A stretch of DNA of 64,000 bases from Oculina patagonica. Its lineage: Eukaryota. Of this stretch, positions 63,070 to 64,000 are shown in pieces. The position numbers and the translations under genes are program-made. The stretch covers positions 45,818,001-45,882,000 of the forward strand of contig NC_135758.1 in assembly GCF_052425735.1 (NCBI RefSeq). The letters run 5' to 3'. Numbering within the stretch: the first letter of the stretch is position 1; every line of letters starts with the position of its first letter. The notes under the pieces were generated by a model that had not been told where the DNA came from, searched no databases, and saw only the letters and a program-made list of their open reading frames with translations.

Positions 63070-64000
63070 GCTGAATAAACGCGAGACACGAAAGGTTACC
63101 GAAAAATGTCTCGTGCTTGGAATGTTTATTTGGCGTATAGAGATTTATTAACTGAAAGTTTTTACCGTTCAGCGCCAAATTGGCCACTACAACTCGGCCG
63201 TCCGAGTCGATATTATGGCCGGTGACCTGAATTGCGCTCCCAGGATGGAGTAGCAAGCCCACTCCGGCCGATCTATTTGTGCCTGGAGACCACAAAGCAT
63301 GACCTCCCCATTGTTTTCCCCAGAGCTCACCTTGTGTGACATCCGGCAGATGTGTCTCCTGGAGGAGATAAATGTCGAAATGTTTAGATAATAAATAATT
63401 AAAAAATTTCTCGCGTTTGGGATGTTCGGCGATGCCATTCGCATTAATTGTACAAATAGACACCGCCATAATCAGTATTAAAAGGGGAGTGGTTATCTTG
63501 AATGTTATAGAATCAGTATTGTAAAATAATTAAAGGTTCACGCAGGTTTAAAAAAATCGCACTTGGCTTTGAGCTCTTGATAGAGCGTCAGAAGCTCCAA
63601 AAAGGCGTCCTGTTCAACAATGCCAGCAAGGGTTTTTCAGACTTCTACTTCGTTGTCGGAGGCCTGGCCTTTTTTGCCCGCCGTCTTTGAGTAATTCCCA
63701 TGCTTGTGCTGGAGGTGCAGGGCACGACAGCGGTAAAAGGTGGTGGGTGGAATTTTTTTCATTAGCGCGCTTCGTTCCCAACCAGTGTTGGCCATGGCAC
63801 TCATGAAGTGTTTCAGGCGTGATCGATAGGATGGTCCGGTTCATCTGTTGATTTCTCAGCTGAGGCCGCAGAAGGTGGGGGAGTATTTTCGTCTGCAGCG
63901 GCAGAAAGACCCGGGGGCTGGCGTACCGAGATGGTGTTGGGCTCGGCGATGCGTCGGGCATGGAAATGACAGCTTTTTTGGCCAGTTCAGCCTCGTCACC
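63070..64000 (-). pseudogene. Tx1 ORF1 C-terminus, inter-ORF spacer and APE N-terminus (runs off the window)
   Basis: MAVSICTINANGI...LQETH...SAGVG...DSDGRVV...INLY.P; spacer nearly identical to 58420-58500. Confidence 0.85.

Overview
Eukaryotic, AT-rich, repeat-saturated DNA with no intact host protein-coding gene. The repeat families look like those of cnidarian (probably stony-coral) genomes; that assignment is inference. Three zones. (1) ~1-12.6 kb: retroelement and DNA-transposon coding scraps, almost all on the minus strand, with a 545-bp apparently perfect inverted repeat and a Penelope-like element whose inverted pseudo-LTRs carry hammerhead motifs. (2) ~13-36 kb: nested non-autonomous DNA transposons (hAT-, MULE-, Tc1/pogo-, Harbinger- and Kolobok-like) with clear TIRs and TSDs, a 64-bp satellite, 5S-derived pieces and a run of plus-strand splice signals. 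(3) ~38-64 kb: a dense mosaic of roughly 25 short, directly abutted fragments of many different Tx1/L1-clade LINEs, plus L2/CR1 tails, a viral-type SF3 helicase scrap and one intact piggyBac. Every coding fragment I could read in zone 3 is on the minus strand. Several Tx1 ORF1 5' ends carry U2 snRNA sequence (Keno-like). Best overall interpretation (inference): a uni-strand, flamenco-like piRNA cluster or antisense 'TE archive' read from the plus strand and enriched for U2-targeting Tx1 retrotransposons. Family assignments come from motif recognition by eye, not from database searches.
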